Shown in pieces: positions 1-8,831 of a stretch of 64,000 bases of DNA (its first letter is position 1; each line of letters opens with the position of its first letter). The stretch comes from an uncultured Nocardioides sp. GTDB lineage: Bacteria > Actinomycetota > Actinomycetes > Propionibacteriales > Nocardioidaceae. The notes below the pieces were generated by a model. It searched no databases. It was not told where the DNA came from and saw nothing but the letters and a program-made list of their open reading frames with translations. The position numbers and the translations under genes are program-made. The stretch covers positions 406,294 to 470,293 of the forward strand of contig CANKZF010000002.1 in the NCBI GenBank assembly GCA_947488515.1, given 5' to 3'.

Positions 1-1136
1 CCGAGGTAGAGCGCGCCGAGGGTCTCGGCCGCGACCCGCACCGTCGCCCCGTCGTCGGTGGGGGTGACCGTCGCGACGCCGTCCCTGGTGGTCACCGCGA
101 AGCGACCGGCCGCGTGCCCCTGCGGGTCGTCGACCTCGAGCACGACCGTCCCGTCGGCCGCCCAGGGGCGGGCCTCCAGCGCCCGCGGGACGTCGAGCAC
201 GCGCAGCCAGAGGAACTCCTCGAGCTCGGTGGTCTTGACCCGGTTGAGGTCGGCGAGCGCCCACATCAGCGGGTCGTCGGGGTGGACGATGTTGAAGGTC
301 ACGGTCTTCACCCGGTCCAGCGACGCGAGGAACGACCACAGCCCGAGCTGCGCCTGCGGCGTGAGCGCGGCCATCTCGTCGACCTTCACGGTGTCCTTCT
401 CGTCGTGCTTGAAGATCGCGAAGCCGTCGACGCGCCTGTCGTCGTCGAGGTGGACCGCGGTGCGGATCTTGCGGTGGGCGCCGCTCCCGTTGAAGTCGTA
501 GGCCCCGGTGTGCATGTCCTCGTACTGCGCCGGCCACTCGACCGATCCGCGCTGGCGGGCGTGGAAGGTGTCGAAGACCGCCTTCACGTGCGGCCAGGCG
601 TCTGCCGGCTCCAGGAGCTCGACGCGGCCGGGGTCGGTGAACGAGCGGAACGCGAAGCCGGTCGTCGTGTCGACGTCCACGCCCTGCCGGAACGTCGCCG
701 GCCCGAAGCCCCACCGGCCGTAGATCGTGGCCTCGGACGCGGTCAGTGCCGCGATCGGGACCCCCTTCGCCACCGCGTCGTCGAGGTCGTCCTCGATCAT
801 CCGGCGCAGCAGGCCGCGGCGCCGGTGTGCGGCGCTGGTGGTGACGTCGGTGATCATCCGCAGCGGCAGCAGCTCCCGGCCGGCGTTGAGCGTCTTGTCG
901 AGGCTGGCGTACGTCGCGACCGGCATCGGCCCGGCGCCGAACTCTCCCGCAGGAAGCCACGCGCCGCGCACGATGACCTCGTCGGTGCGGTAGTGGCGGA
1001 CCCACCGGTCGATGAGCTCGTCCTCGGGGCGGGGGTCGCGGAAGCCGCGCAGGACGGCGCCGACCCAGCCCCGGCGCCGGGCCACCGCCTCGTCGGACTC
1101 GTCGGAGAAGTCCAGGATCGCGAAGTCGTAGTCCAC
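1..1136 (-). CDS. Eis-family GNAT N-acetyltransferase (C-terminus lies beyond the left window edge)
   Basis: Absent from the ORF track because there is no in-window stop. Hand translation of the minus strand from GTG 1136 (in-frame TAG at 1146-1148 just upstream) gives VDYDFAILDFSDE...TDVTTSAAHRRRGLLRRMIEDDL...IYGRWGFGPA...WLRVLDVPRALEARPW...GALYL. This is the GNAT acetyl-CoA motif plus the Eis-type C-terminal region. Confidence 0.8.
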   Translation of the reverse strand, partial: MDYDFAILDFSDESDEAVARRRGWVGAVLRGFRDPRPEDELIDRWVRHYRTDEVIVRGAWLPAGEFGAGPMPVATYASLDKTLNAGRELLPLRMITDVTTSAAHRRRGLLRRMIEDDLDDAVAKGVPIAALTASEATIYGRWGFGPATFRQGVDVDTTTGFAFRSFTDPGRVELLEPADAWPHVKAVFDTFHARQRGSVEWPAQYEDMHTGAYDFNGSGAHRKIRTAVHLDDDRRVDGFAIFKHDEKDTVKVDEMAALTPQAQLGLWSFLASLDRVKTVTFNIVHPDDPLMWALADLNRVKTTELEEFLWLRVLDVPRALEARPWAADGTVVLEVDDPQGHAAGRFAVTTRDGVATVTPTDDGATVRVAAETLGALYL

Positions 1137-1186
1137 CCCGCCACGCTAGGTGAGCCCGCCGCGTGCGGGCCACGGGTTATCGGGGC

Positions 1187-2062
1187 TCAGCCCAGCAGCA
1201 GCAGCGGCACCGCGACGAGGACCGACCAGATCAGCTCCGCGGCCCCCGTGGCGGCCAGGACGGGGATGAGGGCCGGGCCCGTGGCGCCGCCCAGGACGGC
1301 ACGGGTGGGCGGCAGCGCCCGGGCCAGGAAGCCGAGGCCGACGAGCGCCCACCAGGTCGTGGCGACCGCGACGGCGACCACGGCAGCCGCGGCGACGAGC
1401 ACGAGGAAGGCGTAGACCGAGCGGGTGCGCTCGTCGCCGAGCCGCACCGCGAGCGTCCGCTTGCCGGAAACGGTGTCGGTGGGGATGTCGCGCAGGTTGT
1501 TGGCGACGAGGATGGCGCAGGCGAGCGCGCCGACGCCGACGCCGGCGTAGAGCGCGGGCCACTCCCACGTCTCGGTCTGGACGAACGTCGTGCCGACGAC
1601 CGCCACCAGGCCGAAGAAGACGAAGACCATCACCTCGCCAAGGCCGAGGTAGCCGTAGGGCTTCTCGCCGCCGGTGTAGAACCAGGCCGCGACCACGCAC
1701 ACGAGGCCGACCGCCACGAGCCACCACGCGGTCGTGGCGGCCAGGACCAGGCCGGCCGCGGCTGCCACGCCGAAGGCGGCGAAGGCGGCGGTCTTCACGG
1801 CGCGCGGTGACGCCGCCCCCGAGCCGACGAGCCGCATCGGACCGACTCGGTCGGCGTCGGTGCCGCGGACGCCGTCGGAGTAGTCGTTGGCGTAGTTGAC
1901 GCCGACCTGCAGGGCGAGGCTGACGACCAGGGCGAGCAACGCCTTCCACCACACCGCCTCGTCGACGTACGCCGCCACGCCGGTGCCGGCGAGCACAGGC
2001 GCGACCGCGGCGGGAAGGGTGCGCGGTCGGGCGCCGGCGAGCCAGTCAGCGGAGGAGGTCAC
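1187..2062 (-). CDS. menA: 1,4-dihydroxy-2-naphthoate polyprenyltransferase
   Basis: 291-aa polytopic membrane ORF with the UbiA-type motif NYANDYSDGVRGTD. Lies in a men gene neighbourhood. Confidence 0.9.
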   Translation of the reverse strand: MTSSADWLAGARPRTLPAAVAPVLAGTGVAAYVDEAVWWKALLALVVSLALQVGVNYANDYSDGVRGTDADRVGPMRLVGSGAASPRAVKTAAFAAFGVAAAAGLVLAATTAWWLVAVGLVCVVAAWFYTGGEKPYGYLGLGEVMVFVFFGLVAVVGTTFVQTETWEWPALYAGVGVGALACAILVANNLRDIPTDTVSGKRTLAVRLGDERTRSVYAFLVLVAAAAVVAVAVATTWWALVGLGFLARALPPTRAVLGGATGPALIPVLAATGAAELIWSVLVAVPLLLLG

Positions 2063-2074
2063 CGCCGGATTGTG

Positions 2075-3427
2075 TCAGGGGCTGAGCGGGCTCACGCCGC
2101 CAGGCTCCGCCGGCTGCTCGACCGTCGGCGGTCCCAGTGGCGCGGGCTCGGCCGCCTGCGCCGAGGACGTCGCGTCGGCCAGGATGTCGGCCGGCACGTG
2201 CTGCTCGAGGAAGCGGCGGGCCAGGCGTACGGACGGGTGGAGGCCGACGCCTGCCGCGGTGACGAGCGCGGCGATGACCAGCCAGCCCAGCGAGCTCCAG
2301 TCCATCACGAGGAACGTGTAGAGGGCCGGGGCCCAGACGCGCCCCAGGGTGCCCATCAGCTCGGCCGCCCCCTGGTACTCGCCGCGGCGCCGCGGGTCCA
2401 TCAGCTCGGCCTCGAAGGTCCAGCTCGCGGCCGACAGGAACAGCTCGGCGCCGGTGAGCGTCACGTGCCCCAGGAAGAACAGGACGATCGTCAGCAGGCC
2501 GACCGTGTGGTGGGTCGACAGCGTGATCACGCACGACACGATGAAGAAGACGGTGGAGATCCGGATCGCGCGCAGCCCGGTCGAGAGGTCGCGGACCCCG
2601 CGCGCGGCGGCCAGCGGCAGCAGGATGCACATGACGGTGTTGGTGCCGAAGAGGAAGGCCAGCACCACCCACGGGGCGTCGGTCTTCTGCACGAGCCACA
2701 GCGGGATGACGAGGTTGAGGATGACCTGGTTGGTCCACAGCGTGCCGTTGCAGAACGACGCGGCCAGCCAGCCGACGTTCTTCATCGGGCCGGGGCCCTC
2801 CACCTTGACCTTGCGCTCCTCGGTCGTCTTGAGGTCGTGGGAGGCCGGGGGCAGCCGGGTGATGTTGACGGCGTTGAGGGCGAAGACGGTCGCGGTGAAC
2901 CACGGCAGCGCCGAGATCACCGTCAGCGACTCGGTGGCGAGCGCGATGCCGCCGGCCAGTGCGCCGAGGGTGAAGCCGACGTTGAGCGCGGAGTACATGT
3001 AGGCGCGCGACTCCACGCGCTCCGCCGCGGGGAGGACGTCGATCGTGTAGGCCCCGTGCGCCGCGCCGCCCAGCGACCCGACCACCTCGAGCACCACGGC
3101 CAGGGCGACGTAGCCGGCGAAGGTGTCGATGAAGGGCCAGCTGCACACCAGCGCTGCCTGACCCGCGGAGCTGATCGCCCAGCAGCGCTTGGGTCCGAAC
3201 CGGTCGACCAGCTTGCCCATCGGGTAGGCAGCGATGAAGGCAGCGACGCCGGCGAACGTCAGGCCGAGGCCGACCTGGGGCCCGGTGAGGCCGACCACCT
3301 CGGTGAAGAACACCGCGGACCCCGCCATGAACGTGCCCTCGCCGAGCGCGAAGAGCAGCGACTGCGTCGAGAGGCGACCGGCGAGCCGAGAGGGTGGAGT
3401 GAGGTAGGCGATCAGCGCGATGAACAT
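2075..3427 (-). CDS. MFS transporter (paralog of 6507-7784)
   Basis: 450-aa hydrophobic ORF with about 12 predicted TM segments. Aligns along its whole length with the second MFS, for example SLLFALGEGTFMAGSAVFFTEVVGL versus SILFAVGEGTFITGSAVFFTQIVGL. Confidence 0.8.
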   Translation of the reverse strand: MFIALIAYLTPPSRLAGRLSTQSLLFALGEGTFMAGSAVFFTEVVGLTGPQVGLGLTFAGVAAFIAAYPMGKLVDRFGPKRCWAISSAGQAALVCSWPFIDTFAGYVALAVVLEVVGSLGGAAHGAYTIDVLPAAERVESRAYMYSALNVGFTLGALAGGIALATESLTVISALPWFTATVFALNAVNITRLPPASHDLKTTEERKVKVEGPGPMKNVGWLAASFCNGTLWTNQVILNLVIPLWLVQKTDAPWVVLAFLFGTNTVMCILLPLAAARGVRDLSTGLRAIRISTVFFIVSCVITLSTHHTVGLLTIVLFFLGHVTLTGAELFLSAASWTFEAELMDPRRRGEYQGAAELMGTLGRVWAPALYTFLVMDWSSLGWLVIAALVTAAGVGLHPSVRLARRFLEQHVPADILADATSSAQAAEPAPLGPPTVEQPAEPGGVSPLSP

Positions 3428-3510
3428 CGCCGGCCATTCTCACCCGCCACACCGACAGTCGTCCTGCGATTTTCGGACGCGACCGTCGGCTGGTGGTCCC
3501 GCCCCACGAC

Positions 3511-4398
3511 TCACGCGGGCGGCGTCGGTGCCGCCGCCGGGCGCAACGTCCCCTCGAGCTCGATCATGAGGGTGTCCAGGTCGAGTGCCCACGTGGCGTG
3601 CGGGCCCGGGGCCGCGAGCCGTTGCATGCGAGCACGCGCGTTGCGCACGGCGTCTCGCAGCTCTCGCGCGCGGACCCCACCGGCTTCGTCCGGTGCCGTG
3701 GACTCGAGCACGGTGAGCTGGTCCTCGGCGGCGACGACGCGCTTCTGGCTCACGGACCAGCCGCCCGCCATCTCCTCGTGCGACCCCGCGTGGCGCAGCT
3801 CGCGCAGCAGGTCCCGCGCGAACCACTCGACCTCGGCCTCCTGACGCTCCAGCTCGCGCTGCCACGACGCCCGGCGCCGACCCCGTACGACGAGTGGGAC
3901 CGCGACGAGGCATCCCAGCACGACAGCGGCCGCGACCCACCACACCCAGGACGGCACTCCGTCGTCCTCGCCCGACTGTCCCTCGGCTGCCTGGTCATCG
4001 GGCTCTCCCGTAGGCGTCTGGGTGGGCGTCTGGGTGGGCGTCTGGGTGGGCGTCTGGCTGGGCGTCTCGGTCACCGTCTCGGTCGGAGTCGCGGTGGGTG
4101 TTTCCGTGACCGTCTCAGTAGGGGGCTCGGTAGGCGTTGCCGTAGGGGTGTCGGTGGGGGTGTCGGTGGGGGTGTCGGTGGGGGTCTCGGTGCCCGACGG
4201 CGTGCGGGTCGGGGTGGGCAGCGTCGCGGTGGGCGTCCGCGTGGGGCTGGGCAGCTCGGTGGCCGTGGGCGTCCGGGTCGGCGAGACGGTCGGGCCCCCG
4301 CCCTCTCCGCCACCCTCTCCGCAGGCCGCGAGCAGACCGAACGCCACGAGCAGCAGACCGCCGAGGCGGACTCGTCGCGTCATGACACTCGGTCGCAC
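3511..4398 (-). CDS. Lipoprotein with a Thr/Pro-rich repeat linker, one TM helix and a cytoplasmic C-terminal domain
   Basis: Signal peptide with lipobox LLAAC, then TPT/TQTP/TDTP repeats, a TM segment ([21 protein letters not shown]), and a charged helical tail. The start could instead be the internal ATG at 4383. Confidence 0.65.
   Translation of the reverse strand: MRPSVMTRRVRLGGLLLVAFGLLAACGEGGGEGGGPTVSPTRTPTATELPSPTRTPTATLPTPTRTPSGTETPTDTPTDTPTDTPTATPTEPPTETVTETPTATPTETVTETPSQTPTQTPTQTPTQTPTGEPDDQAAEGQSGEDDGVPSWVWWVAAAVVLGCLVAVPLVVRGRRRASWQRELERQEAEVEWFARDLLRELRHAGSHEEMAGGWSVSQKRVVAAEDQLTVLESTAPDEAGGVRARELRDAVRNARARMQRLAAPGPHATWALDLDTLMIELEGTLRPAAAPTPPA
4013..4192. repeat. Two blocks of 12-bp tandem repeats inside the lipoprotein CDS
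   Basis: GGCGTCTGGGTG occurs 3 times exactly plus 2-3 variants (4013-4084). GGGGTGTCGGTG occurs 3 times exactly plus 1 variant (4145-4192). On the minus strand they encode the TQTP and TDTP repeats. Confidence 0.9.
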
Positions 4399-4605
4399 CG
4401 ATCCTCCCTCGAGGTCGTGGGTGTGACGCAGCCGGACAGGCCCGCCACACGCTGTCCGACCACCGGCCGGCAGGCATCATCCGTGCCGGGTGAGGCGCCC
4501 GCTTCCCCCGCCGAGCGGGATGACAACCCCGTGGGCGCGGTGGACACTGGCAGCCATGCCGCGCCTCGGACGGGGTGCGGCCTCCGCGCTCGAAGGGATG
4601 ATGGC

Positions 4606-5082
4606 GTGACGACGAAGAGCGACTTCTCCGAGGAGGAATGGGCCCGGATCGTGCGGGCCCCGTTCGTGGCCGGCCTGGCGATCTCCCTGGCCGACCCGGG
4701 CGGCCCCATCGAGGCCGCGAAGGAGACGATGGCCGCGATGAAGTCGGCCACCAGCCCGCCGAGCCGCGAGGAGCTCCTGGCCGACGTGGCGCTCGACGTC
4801 CAGGCGATGGTGCAGGAGCGCCGTCATCCGCTCAAGGGCTACAAGCCCACCGGTCCGGCGGTCGGGGACGAGGTGGTCGCCGAGCTCCGCGGGGTGGTGG
4901 AGGTCGTGGCCGCCAAGGCGTCTGCCGAGGAGGCAGCGGCGTACGGCGCCTGGCTGCTGGCGAGTGCCCAGGCCGCGGCCGACGCCGCCAAGGAGGGCGG
5001 CTTCATGGGCTTCCGGGCTGAGCAGGTCAGTGCCGGCGAGCAGGCGATGCTCGACCGGGTCCGCGAGGCCGTCGCCACCTGA
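4606..5082 (+). CDS. Hypothetical cytoplasmic protein (possibly TerB-like helical)
   Basis: Only the 3' third of track ORF 3493-5082 looks like protein: VTTKSDFSEEEWARIVRAPFVAGLAISLADPGG... from GTG 4606. The upstream part is Arg/Gly-rich and antisense to the lipoprotein gene. Confidence 0.55.
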   Translation: MTTKSDFSEEEWARIVRAPFVAGLAISLADPGGPIEAAKETMAAMKSATSPPSREELLADVALDVQAMVQERRHPLKGYKPTGPAVGDEVVAELRGVVEVVAAKASAEEAAAYGAWLLASAQAAADAAKEGGFMGFRAEQVSAGEQAMLDRVREAVAT

Positions 5083-5085
5083 GCC

Positions 5086-5829
5086 TCAACCGGCGGAGCC
5101 CGCACCCGGGCACTGCACCTCCAGCACCGGGTTGCGTGCTGCGGTGCGGTAGGCGTCCAGGTCCCGCACGCCGCGCCTCCACATCGCCAGCCACATCTCG
5201 GTCGCCTTCTCGGGCGACAGGGTGCCCATCCGGAGCATGTCCATGTGGTGCACGTGCGTGTCCCAGGTGTCGATGGACGTCTTGGCCGTCCGGGCGACAC
5301 CGAGCTCTGCCCCGACGAGGCGGGAGCACGAGCGCACTGCTGCCGGAGCGGGACCCAGCAGGGCCGGCGCCGGGCAGTCGACACCCGTGCGCTCGAGGGC
5401 GGTCCACGTCTTCCGGAAACGGTCGACGTTCCGCTGCGCGCCCAGCCTGGTCTGGTTCCAGAAGGCCGTCGCCTGCTGCAGGGTGATCTCGCCGACCACG
5501 AGCTTGTTCATGGCGTCGACGTGCACGTCCCACTGTCGGAGGGCGGGTCGCGCCGCCCCGAGCGGGGCCTCCAGCGCCGCAGCCGCCTCGGAGCAACGCG
5601 CCGCCCGGGTGTCTGCCGGCTGCTGCGCCGGTGCGGCGGCACCGTCACCGGGCACAGGCTCCGGCTCGTCAGCGACGCTGCGGCTGCTCGCCTGCAGGCT
5701 GGCGTCACCGCCGTCGTCGTCCACGACGCTGACCCAGAGGACCACACCCAGCAGGCCCAGGAACGTGCCCACCAGAAAGGTGAGGGCGAGCAACCTGGCC
5801 GGGGCCATCGATCCCACGTTGGTCTCCAT
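5086..5829 (-). CDS. Membrane-anchored protein with an internally duplicated Cys-bounded domain
   Basis: METNVG start, N-terminal TM (LLALTFLVGTFLGLLGVVLWV), then two copies of about 80 aa sharing C...WD.HV..M..L..G.(I/L)...(Q/E)(Q/K)AT..W...(F/Y)R...CP. Confidence 0.6.
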   Translation of the reverse strand: METNVGSMAPARLLALTFLVGTFLGLLGVVLWVSVVDDDGGDASLQASSRSVADEPEPVPGDGAAAPAQQPADTRAARCSEAAAALEAPLGAARPALRQWDVHVDAMNKLVVGEITLQQATAFWNQTRLGAQRNVDRFRKTWTALERTGVDCPAPALLGPAPAAVRSCSRLVGAELGVARTAKTSIDTWDTHVHHMDMLRMGTLSPEKATEMWLAMWRRGVRDLDAYRTAARNPVLEVQCPGAGSAG

Positions 5830-5944
5830 GCCTTTGCCTCCACGACAGAGATCCAGCACTTCCCTGGACCGTAGGTCGCGACCGGCCGCCGGTCACCACC
5901 CTGAGGTGGGTAAAACGACGCGCGCGCCGGGCGTCGGTCCGCGG

Positions 5945-6112
5945 CTACGGAGCCCGGCCGTCCTCGTCGCCGTCCTCCTCCGGGGGGCGGCCCTGCGCCA
6001 TCCGCGCAGTGTCCCGCCTGATCTGCTCGGCCCTGCGTCGCTCGAACAGCAGGATGGCCACGACGACCCCCACCATCACGACGACGGTGGCGACGAGCCG
6101 GAAGGCGTCCAT
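5945..6112 (-). CDS. Possible 55-aa single-TM protein
   Basis: Hand-translated ATG 6112 to TAG 5945: MDAFRLVATVVVMVGVVVAILLFERRRAEQIRRDTARMAQGRPPEEDGDEDGRAP. Below the track size cut-off. Codon usage is typical for the genome. Confidence 0.35.
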   Translation of the reverse strand: MDAFRLVATVVVMVGVVVAILLFERRRAEQIRRDTARMAQGRPPEEDGDEDGRAP

Positions 6113-6179
6113 CCCTCCACCATGCCACGCAGCCGGCAGGGAGCACGGCGGCGGATGACACGGGTCGCGGGGGAGGTGG

Positions 6180-6467
6180 CTACGCGCCGGGCACCACGCG
6201 CATGTCGCGGTCGGCGCCGCCGTCGAGCGCGCGGAGCGCTTCCTGGTAGGCCTCGCTGTCGTGCGCAGCGACGGCCGCCTCGACCGACGGGAACTCGATC
6301 ACGATCGTGCGGGTGGACTCGCCCTTCTCGAAGGTCACCTCGGGCACGCCGCGCACCAGGAACCGGCCACCCGCCGCGGTGAGCGCCGGTCCGGCGAGCG
6401 TGGCGTAGGCCGCCACCTTGTCGGGGTCGTGGACGGCCTTGTGGGTGGTGATCCAGTACGCGGTCAT
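6180..6467 (-). CDS. DUF1330-like small alpha/beta protein
   Basis: 95-aa ORF MTAYWITTHKAVHDPDKVAAYATLAGPALTAAGGRFLVRG...IEFPSVEAAVAAHDSEAYQEAL, matching my memory of the DUF1330 pattern. Confidence 0.65.
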   Translation of the reverse strand: MTAYWITTHKAVHDPDKVAAYATLAGPALTAAGGRFLVRGVPEVTFEKGESTRTIVIEFPSVEAAVAAHDSEAYQEALRALDGGADRDMRVVPGA

Positions 6468-6506
6468 GGCCGCGACCCTACGGCGTACGACCGGGGACGC
6501 GGCCGG

Positions 6507-7784
6507 TCAGGTCGCCGAGCCGTGCCGTGCGAGGTAGCGCTCGGCGGCCCGGGCCGACGGGCCCATGGTGAGCGTGGAGATCGCCACGATGGCTGCGATC
6601 GTGATCCACCCGAACGACCCGTGCTCCATCGCCAGCCACGTGTAGAGCGCGGGCGCCCACACCGAGCCGAGGGTGCCGCCGATGTGGGCGGCGCCCTGGT
6701 ACTCCGCGCGCTGGTCGGCGTCGGTCAGGTCCGACATGAAGCCCCAGTGGCCGGCCGACTGGAAGAGCTCGGCGCCGGTCACCGTGACGTGACCGAGCCA
6801 GACCAGCGCGATCGTGAGCCAGCCGATCGTGTCGTGGGTGACGAGCACGATGGCGCAGGACAGGACGAAGAAGCCGGACGAGATGTACGACGCCCGCAGC
6901 GACCGCGCGACGGAGTCGACGCCGCGTGCAGCGGCGACCTGGAGCAGCACCGCCATGACGGTGTTGGTGGCGAAGAGCCACGCGAGCAGCACGCGGGGGG
7001 CGTCGGTCTCCTCCACGAGCCACAGCGGGATCACGATGTTGAGCAGCACCTGGTTGGTGCCGAGCACGCCGTCGCCCGTCATCAGGGCGAGGAACGGCCG
7101 GTTCTTCAGCGCACGCGGCTTGATCACCTCGTCGTCGGTGGGTCTCGGGGCCTTCGCGGGCGGGTCGGGCAGCCGCGTGATCCAGTACGTGTTCGCGAGC
7201 AGGATGGCGCCGGTGAGGAGCGGCACGGCGCGCACGACGGCGTCGCTGTTGGTCGCCAGTGCGAGGCCGCCGATGAGGGCGCCGACGGTGAACCCGATGT
7301 TGAGCGCGGCCCGCATGAAGGCCTGCGACTGGACGCGCTCCTCGCGGGTGAAGATGTCGATCGTGTAGGCACCGCGGCCGCTCCAGCCGGCCTGGCTGAC
7401 CACCTCGAGCACGACCATCATCGCGAGGTAGGCGGCGAAGCCGTGGATCATCGGCCACACGAGGTAGAGCAGGGCGGTGAGGCCGGCGCCGATCGCCCAC
7501 ATGCGTCTGGTGCCGACGCGGTCGGCGAGCTTGCCCGCCGGCACCGCGAAGAAGAACGACACGACGCCGGCGACGGTGAGGCCGATGCCGACCTGGGCGG
7601 CCGAGAGGCCCACGATCTGGGTGAAGAAGACCGCGGAGCCGGTGATGAACGTGCCTTCGCCGACCGCGAAGAGGATCGACTGGACCGACAGCGACCGTGC
7701 GAGCGGCGACGGGGGGAGCTGCCGCTGCCACCAGGACTGCGCCCCTGGCTCGCGCCGCGTCTCGGTACCGTCCATCGTGCTCAT
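6507..7784 (-). CDS. MFS transporter (paralog of 2075-3427)
   Basis: C-terminal 425 aa of track ORF 6507-8732, starting MSTMDGTETRREPG at ATG 7784. Hydrophobic with multiple TM segments, and collinear with the first MFS. Confidence 0.8.
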   Translation of the reverse strand: MSTMDGTETRREPGAQSWWQRQLPPSPLARSLSVQSILFAVGEGTFITGSAVFFTQIVGLSAAQVGIGLTVAGVVSFFFAVPAGKLADRVGTRRMWAIGAGLTALLYLVWPMIHGFAAYLAMMVVLEVVSQAGWSGRGAYTIDIFTREERVQSQAFMRAALNIGFTVGALIGGLALATNSDAVVRAVPLLTGAILLANTYWITRLPDPPAKAPRPTDDEVIKPRALKNRPFLALMTGDGVLGTNQVLLNIVIPLWLVEETDAPRVLLAWLFATNTVMAVLLQVAAARGVDSVARSLRASYISSGFFVLSCAIVLVTHDTIGWLTIALVWLGHVTVTGAELFQSAGHWGFMSDLTDADQRAEYQGAAHIGGTLGSVWAPALYTWLAMEHGSFGWITIAAIVAISTLTMGPSARAAERYLARHGSAT

Positions 7785-7811
7785 GCTGGCAGAGCCACTA
7801 GCGTTCGTCGT

Positions 7812-8831
7812 GTGAATTTCCTGCGGCCCTCCGACGAGCCCTCCGTCGCCCTCCGGCAGCTGTCGGGGTGGCTGGAGGCCGACGCCCCGCCACCGTTGCT
7901 GATCGAGACCTCGGGGTCGACAGGCAGGCCGAAGGGGGTCGTCCTCCCGCGCCGCGCCGTGCTCGCCAGCGTCGGGGCCTCCGCCCGGCGGCTGGGCGGG
8001 ACGGGTCGGTGGCTGCTCGCGCTGCCGTCGTCGTACGTCGCAGGTGTGCAGGTCATCGTCCGCTCGCTGGTCGCCGGACACGAGCCTGTCGTCGTGGAGG
8101 GCCTCGACATCGGGCGGGCCGTCGCGGCGGACCAGGCCGGGACCCCGACGTTCGCCTCGCTCGTGCCGACCCAGCTCCACCGCATCGTCGGCGACCCCGA
8201 GCAGGTCGCAGCCCTCGCCCGCTGCCACGCGGTCCTCGTCGGCGGCGGCGGCCTCGACCCGGCGGTGCGCAGGCGCGCCGAGGAGCAGGGCGTCCGTGTC
8301 GTCGCCACCTACGGCTCGTCCGAGACCGCCGGCGGGTGCGTCTACGACGGCATGCCGCTCGACGGGGTCGGCGTGACGATCGGCGCCGAGGGACGCGTGC
8401 GCATCGCCGGTCCGACGCTCTTCAGCCACTACGCCGACGACCCCGAGCTGACCGCCGAGTCCGTCGTCGACGGCTGGTTCCTCACCTCCGACGCCGGCCG
8501 CTTCGACGAGGACGGACGCCTGCAGGTCATCGGCCGCGTCGACGACGTGGTCGTCAGCGGCGGCGTGAAGGTCCCGGTCACCGCTGTCGCCCGGCGGCTC
8601 CGCGAGCACCTCCTCGTCACCGACGCCGAGGTCCTCGGTGTCCCCGACCCCGAGTGGGGCCAGCGGGTCGTCGCCGTCGTGGTCGGCAACGTCCGCGAGG
8701 CCGAGCTGCGCGACTGGGTCAGCCTCGAGCACCCCCGGTCGTGGGCGCCCCGCGAGTTCCGGTGGGTCGAGAGCCTGCCCCTGCTGCCCAACGGCAAGGT
8801 CGACCGGCAGGCCATCAGGGCCGCGCTCTGA
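7812..8831 (+). CDS. menE: o-succinylbenzoate-CoA ligase (short actinobacterial form)
   Basis: GTG 7812. ANL P-loop TSGSTGRPKG at residues 33-42, then YGSSETAGG, and C-terminal LPLLPNGKVDR. Its stop overlaps the menC start (TGATG). Confidence 0.85.
   Translation: MNFLRPSDEPSVALRQLSGWLEADAPPPLLIETSGSTGRPKGVVLPRRAVLASVGASARRLGGTGRWLLALPSSYVAGVQVIVRSLVAGHEPVVVEGLDIGRAVAADQAGTPTFASLVPTQLHRIVGDPEQVAALARCHAVLVGGGGLDPAVRRRAEEQGVRVVATYGSSETAGGCVYDGMPLDGVGVTIGAEGRVRIAGPTLFSHYADDPELTAESVVDGWFLTSDAGRFDEDGRLQVIGRVDDVVVSGGVKVPVTAVARRLREHLLVTDAEVLGVPDPEWGQRVVAVVVGNVREAELRDWVSLEHPRSWAPREFRWVESLPLLPNGKVDRQAIRAAL

Noticed and set aside
3493-5082. 529-aa plus-strand ORF taken at face value
   Set aside because: Its first two thirds are antisense to the PT-repeat lipoprotein and translate to Arg/Gly repeats. 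Only the part from GTG 4606 has protein-like composition.
6261-8831. 856-aa ORF suggesting a long N-terminal extension of MenE
   Set aside because: The region upstream of 7812 is antisense to the MFS gene and compositionally aberrant. MenE-like sequence begins at VNFLRPSDEP.
7812-8831. MenE looks N-terminally truncated (P-loop at residue 33), so it could be a pseudogene
   Set aside because: All core ANL motifs and the C-terminal lysine region are intact, the junction with menC is a clean overlap, and actinobacterial MenE proteins are characteristically short as far as I recall. I treat it as functional.
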